DNA of 64,000 nt from a bacterium. Its GTDB lineage: Bacteria > SAR324 > XYD2-FULL-50-16 > G965216635. The notes beneath the pieces were generated by a model. It worked only from the letters and a program-made list of their open reading frames with translations, was not told the DNA's origin and searched no databases. Numbering within the stretch: the first letter of the stretch is position 1; each line of letters starts with the position of its first letter. This document shows, piece by piece, positions 61,001 through 64,000 of the stretch. The stretch is from the NCBI GenBank assembly GCA_965216635.1, contig OZ244188.1, forward strand, positions 1,024,001-1,088,000. Reading direction: 5' to 3'. A program made the translations under genes and the position numbers.

Positions 61001-63194
61001 AGTCACCTGTCGCTATTGTTGCAACATTAAAGCTATCAGCATTAATCGTTGCGTTATCTATGTTGATAAAGTCACCGGTCGCTATTGTTGTAACATTAAA
61101 GTTATCAGCATTAATCGTTGCGTTAGCATATTGGTTGATAAAGTCACCTGTTGTTGTGACATTAAAGTTAACAGTAATAATTGTTGCTTCGTTGTGAAAT
61201 TCATCTGTTTTAACACTAAAGTTATCAGCACTAATCGTTGCAGAATCTCTATTCCCAAAGATATAGCCACTTCCTGTTGTAACATTAAAGTTACCTACAT
61301 CAATCCTTGAGTTTTCTAGATTAACAAAGGCACTTCCAGCGGTGACATTAAAGCTATCTGCGTTAATCGTTGAGTTTCCTAGATTAACAAAGGCACTTCC
61401 AGTGGTGACATTAAAGCTATCTGCAACAATGTCGGCTTCATTTATAAAATAACCGTCTATAGAAACTCCCAAATTATTAAAAGTAAAACCATCCAAAGAA
61501 TCACTGCTATGGGTAAAACTATTGGTGAGTATAAGGTTTAAAGTATCTGAAACAACAGTTCCAGTATTGTTAATATCAATAGAAAAATCTATCACCTCAA
61601 TCGTCAAGGTATCAGCATTAATCGTTGCTTCGTTGCGAAATTCACTTGTTTTAACACTAAAGTTATCAGCAATAATCGTTGCAGAATCTATATTCCCAAA
61701 GATCCAGCCACTTCCTGTTGTAACATTAAAGTTACCTACATCAATCCTTGAGTTTTCTAGATTAAGAAAACCATTTTCAGCGGTGACACTAAAGCTATCT
61801 GCGTTAATCCTTGAGTTTACTCGATTAACAAAGGTTCCTCCCGTGGTAACATTGAAGCTATCTGCAACAATGTCGGATTCATTTATAAAATGACCGTCTG
61901 TAGAAACTCCCAAATTATTAAAAGTAAAACCATTAAAAGAATCACTTGTATTGGTAAAACTATTGGTGAGTATAAGGTTTAAAGTATCTGAAACAACAGT
62001 TCCAGTATTGTTAATATCAATAGAAAAATCTATCACCTCAATCGTCAAGGTATCAGCATTAATCGTTGCTTCGTTGCGAAATTCACCTGTTTTAACACTA
62101 AAGTTATCAGCGATAATCGTTGCTGAATCTCTATTCCAAAAGATCCAGCCACTTCCTGTTGTAACATTAAAGCTACCTACATCAATCCTTGAGTTTTCTT
62201 GATTAACAAAGGCATTTTCAGCGGTGACGCTAAAGCTATCTGCATTAATCGTTGAGTTTTCTCGGTTAACAAAGGTTTTTCCCGTGGTGGCATTAAAGCT
62301 ATCTGCGTTAATCGTTGAGGAAACTTGATTGTAAAAGTTAGTTCCAGTGGTAACATTCAAGCTATCTACATTAATCGTTGCAGAGTGGTTGATAAAGAAA
62401 CTTTCTGCTGTAATATTAAGACTATTAGCAGAAATGTTTCCTTCATTTACAATACCATAATCAGCACTCCCTTCTGTAGCTAGTAGTTCAATAGAGTTTG
62501 CTTCTAAGTTGCGATTAGAAGAAATATATATTGGAAAATCACCAAGGGTTAAAAAACTGGAAGTAATAGTATTCGTTGTGTGGTTGTAGGTGCCATTTCC
62601 AGCTAAAACTCTTAAAGTATCGTTCGCTTTGACTTGTCCGACAATTTCGTGATAACGGGATGCCAGGTTTAACTCATCTGTTACAGCATCGTTGACAAAT
62701 CCTATTCCTCCCACACGGAGCAATGCAGCATTGCTTATACTAAAACCATTCAAAGTATTCCCTGAAATATTAGCTGTGCCTGTAACTAGATCTACCTTGC
62801 TAGCATTGATAAAACCGCAACCAACACAGTCAATTCCATTAGGATTTGCTATAATTACTCCAGCTTTACTACCAAATATTTCTATTTTTCCGCCTAACTG
62901 ACTAGTATTGCTTCCTGTTACTTGGAATAGTATGAGTTCTGCTTCTCTACCTGCTGTAATATTGGGATTGGCGCTTACTGCTGTAGAGCCTAGCTGGGCT
63001 CTGCCTCTAGCTGCGCTATTGTTTAAAATAGTTCCATTTGCATTAACATCAAAATCGGTCACTTGATTGTTAGAAAGCCCGTTTGCATAGGGTCTTACTA
63101 TAGTATGGGTTGTTGTTTGAGCAAAAACAACATTGCTTTTAATAAAGGGGATACTCAAAACAAACAACAGTAATAAGGGTAGTAATTTTTTCAT
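58056..63194 (-). CDS. Filamentous haemagglutinin-like (TpsA-type) beta-helical exoprotein
   Basis: Signal peptide, GLSNN...FDV...G.ILNN, ANPNGI.C.GCGFINA, ~20-aa repeats (INADSFNVT). Confidence 0.88.
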   Translation of the reverse strand: MKKLLPLLLLFVLSIPFIKSNVVFAQTTTHTIVRPYANGLSNNQVTDFDVNANGTILNNSAARGRAQLGSTAVSANPNITAGREAELILFQVTGSNTSQLGGKIEIFGSKAGVIIANPNGIDCVGCGFINASKVDLVTGTANISGNTLNGFSISNAALLRVGGIGFVNDAVTDELNLASRYHEIVGQVKANDTLRVLAGNGTYNHTTNTITSSFLTLGDFPIYISSNRNLEANSIELLATEGSADYGIVNEGNISANSLNITAESFFINHSATINVDSLNVTTGTNFYNQVSSTINADSFNATTGKTFVNRENSTINADSFSVTAENAFVNQENSRIDVGSFNVTTGSGWIFWNRDSATIIADNFSVKTGEFRNEATINADTLTIEVIDFSIDINNTGTVVSDTLNLILTNSFTNTSDSFNGFTFNNLGVSTDGHFINESDIVADSFNVTTGGTFVNRVNSRINADSFSVTAENGFLNLENSRIDVGNFNVTTGSGWIFGNIDSATIIADNFSVKTSEFRNEATINADTLTIEVIDFSIDINNTGTVVSDTLNLILTNSFTHSSDSLDGFTFNNLGVSIDGYFINEADIVADSFNVTTGSAFVNLGNSTINADSFNVTAGSAFVNLENSRIDVGNFNVTTGSGYIFGNRDSATISADNFSVKTDEFHNEATIITVNFNVTTTGDFINQYANATINADNFNVTTIATGDFINIDNATINADSFNVATIATGDFINVENATINAVSFNVTTIATGDFINIDNATINADSFNVIAGNVYNNKATINAGSFTVTASDDFINTYANATINADSFNVTVRGSFNNESRATISADSFNVIVIGEDFFNGYYATINAGSFSVTAADDFFNGYSATINAGSFSVAAIDDFINRSTINADTLTVKVTDFDNNITNTATVDSNNLNFILTNGFTYNSDSFDGFTFNNLGITTNGDFMNKLDIVVLDTLSITADNFINQNFSSISAKGFHITAKRNFYNQNFSSISADSFTVTAGDDFYNSNSSSVNADSFNVTAGDKFSNNSSSSVNAGSFDVIANSFINNSGSIINANTFNVTANESFSNIKNVKSSDSVINVATVLNITLTGAAGSFTNIGSASADTFKLSVAGDLDYTNRGTINTNSFNLNVDGDFSNNDAANDFTWGVNDSLVVAGSASIVADNFDNYGTINANSFDITATDLTNTGTISANTTLNTTLSSTADNSFANTGVASANTFNLSVGGDFDYISNFSRNGTINTNSFNLNVGGDFTNSDANNDFIWGENNSLNVTGTASVIANSFNNSGILNANSFDITATDLTNTGTISANTTLNTTLSSTASKSFSNTGGVASADTFNLSVAGDFDYVADRGTINTNNFNLNVGGGFSNNDANNDFTLDANDSLVVSGNVDIATRNFTNTGGVVSADTLNITAEGLIHNAATIDTHILTIDTDSIHNSGNITATTYLTITATNDVFSGGSITTSTLDIETGRNFANHGSITANNYFEITAGNTVENHGSIVSVSLDITADDYFRNLGGGDINVDTLNITAGGKVTNIATITARILNITANNDSSRTDDTTGFYVANRGDIIADTLNITAADDFYNRGDITADTFEITAKNIFFLNTEIDSYTGTYDGGDVYLTGDSSFTATDRLVNYGLIDLNDSSLDITAETFINQEGATIDAAILNLNVESSTDNGTITAITNITNTTNTTDTTNIINIINIINIINNQ

Positions 63195-63223
63195 GGTTTT
63201 ATAATGGTTGATTTTTAATAATA

Positions 63224-63300
63224 TAGACTTTTGAATTTGCCAAATAGGACAAAACTAGCTGTTTAGCCTTGCCGTCGCATCAGCAAAATTCAAAAGTCTA
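63224..63300. mobile_element. Short MITE copy
   Basis: TAGACTTTTGAATTTG...AAAATTCAAAAGTCTA. Confidence 0.8.
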
Positions 63301-63537
63301 TAATAAAAAAAAGTAAGTTTGTATAGTTTAACAAAAACTAATTTATTTGTCAAGTATAAAACATCATTTTTAGCAAAAAAACTTTTTATGAGTAGATAAA
63401 ACATAGCTTTAAGCAGAAAAGTTTTTTTAAAATAAATTTATTGTTACGTAAAAAATACAAATTTTAGCAAAAAAAACTTCTGAATCAAGTATAAAATACA
63501 ATTTTTAGTGAAAAAAAAATTTTATAGCAAATAACCT

Positions 63538-63895
63538 CTGCAATGTTTAATTTCTCATTGAATTAGGTATTAATACGCCTTTTTGCTTTAAATTTCAAAC
63601 TTATATATTGCAAAAGAGCCGCTGGTATAACCATTTGGCTCTTTTGCAGTTCGTTTTTGCTTAACGCTAAATTTTTACTCTTTTTGCTTTTCCGAAAGTA
63701 AAAAATACAATTTTAAGCAAAAAACCCCTGCAATGTTTAATTTCTCATTGAATTAGGCATTAATACGCCTTTTTGCTTTAAATTTCAAACATATTATTGC
63801 AAAAGAGCCAGTGGCTCTTTTGCAGTTCGTTTTTGCTTAACGCAAAATTTTTACTCTTTTTGTTTTTCCGAAAGTAAAAAATACAATTTTTAGTA
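63538..63895. repeat. ~190-bp tandem duplication with GCAAAAGAGCC..GGCTCTTTTGC hairpin
   Basis: CTGCAATGTTTAATTTCTCATTGAATTAGG at 63538 and 63728. Confidence 0.85.
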
Positions 63896-64000
63896 AAAAC
63901 TAATTTCTTTGTCAAGATTAAAAATACAATTTTAAGCAAAAAAACTTCCTTGTCAGGTAGTTTTTCCTTAAAAAATTCCAATTTGCACTTCGTCTTTGCT

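Overview
AT-rich bacterial chromosome segment from a Gram-negative organism. The gene set and order suggest a deltaproteobacterium/SAR324-like, possibly host-associated lineage (inference only). Housekeeping genes: ATP synthase b/b', tyrS, rsmD, heptose kinase, pdxH, tol-pal cluster, dprA, cpoB, bamD, two saccharopine dehydrogenases, lptF/G, nusB, dusA, ligA, tRNA-Trp-secE-nusG-rplK-rplA, tsaC, ROK kinase, hemE. An accessory region (~27.6-46.5 kb) holds a type III R-M system with cargo genes (pentapeptide membrane proteins, KAP NTPase), an ATPase+nuclease-like pair and DUF1640-like coiled-coil genes. A second ATPase+PIN pair follows rplA, and a 1712-aa filamentous haemagglutinin-like gene lies near the end. 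Most striking: (1) three divergent small beta-barrel outer-membrane proteins with large Cys-containing loop insertions, each preceded by its own tandem array; (2) at least 15 copies of a palindromic MITE family (ends AGACCTTTGAATT...AATTCAAAGGTCT) sitting at gene boundaries and often supplying stop codons; (3) pervasive short tandem duplications at gene ends and inside core genes. No CRISPR-cas, integrase or transposase was seen. All calls come from reading the sequence; no database searches were run.
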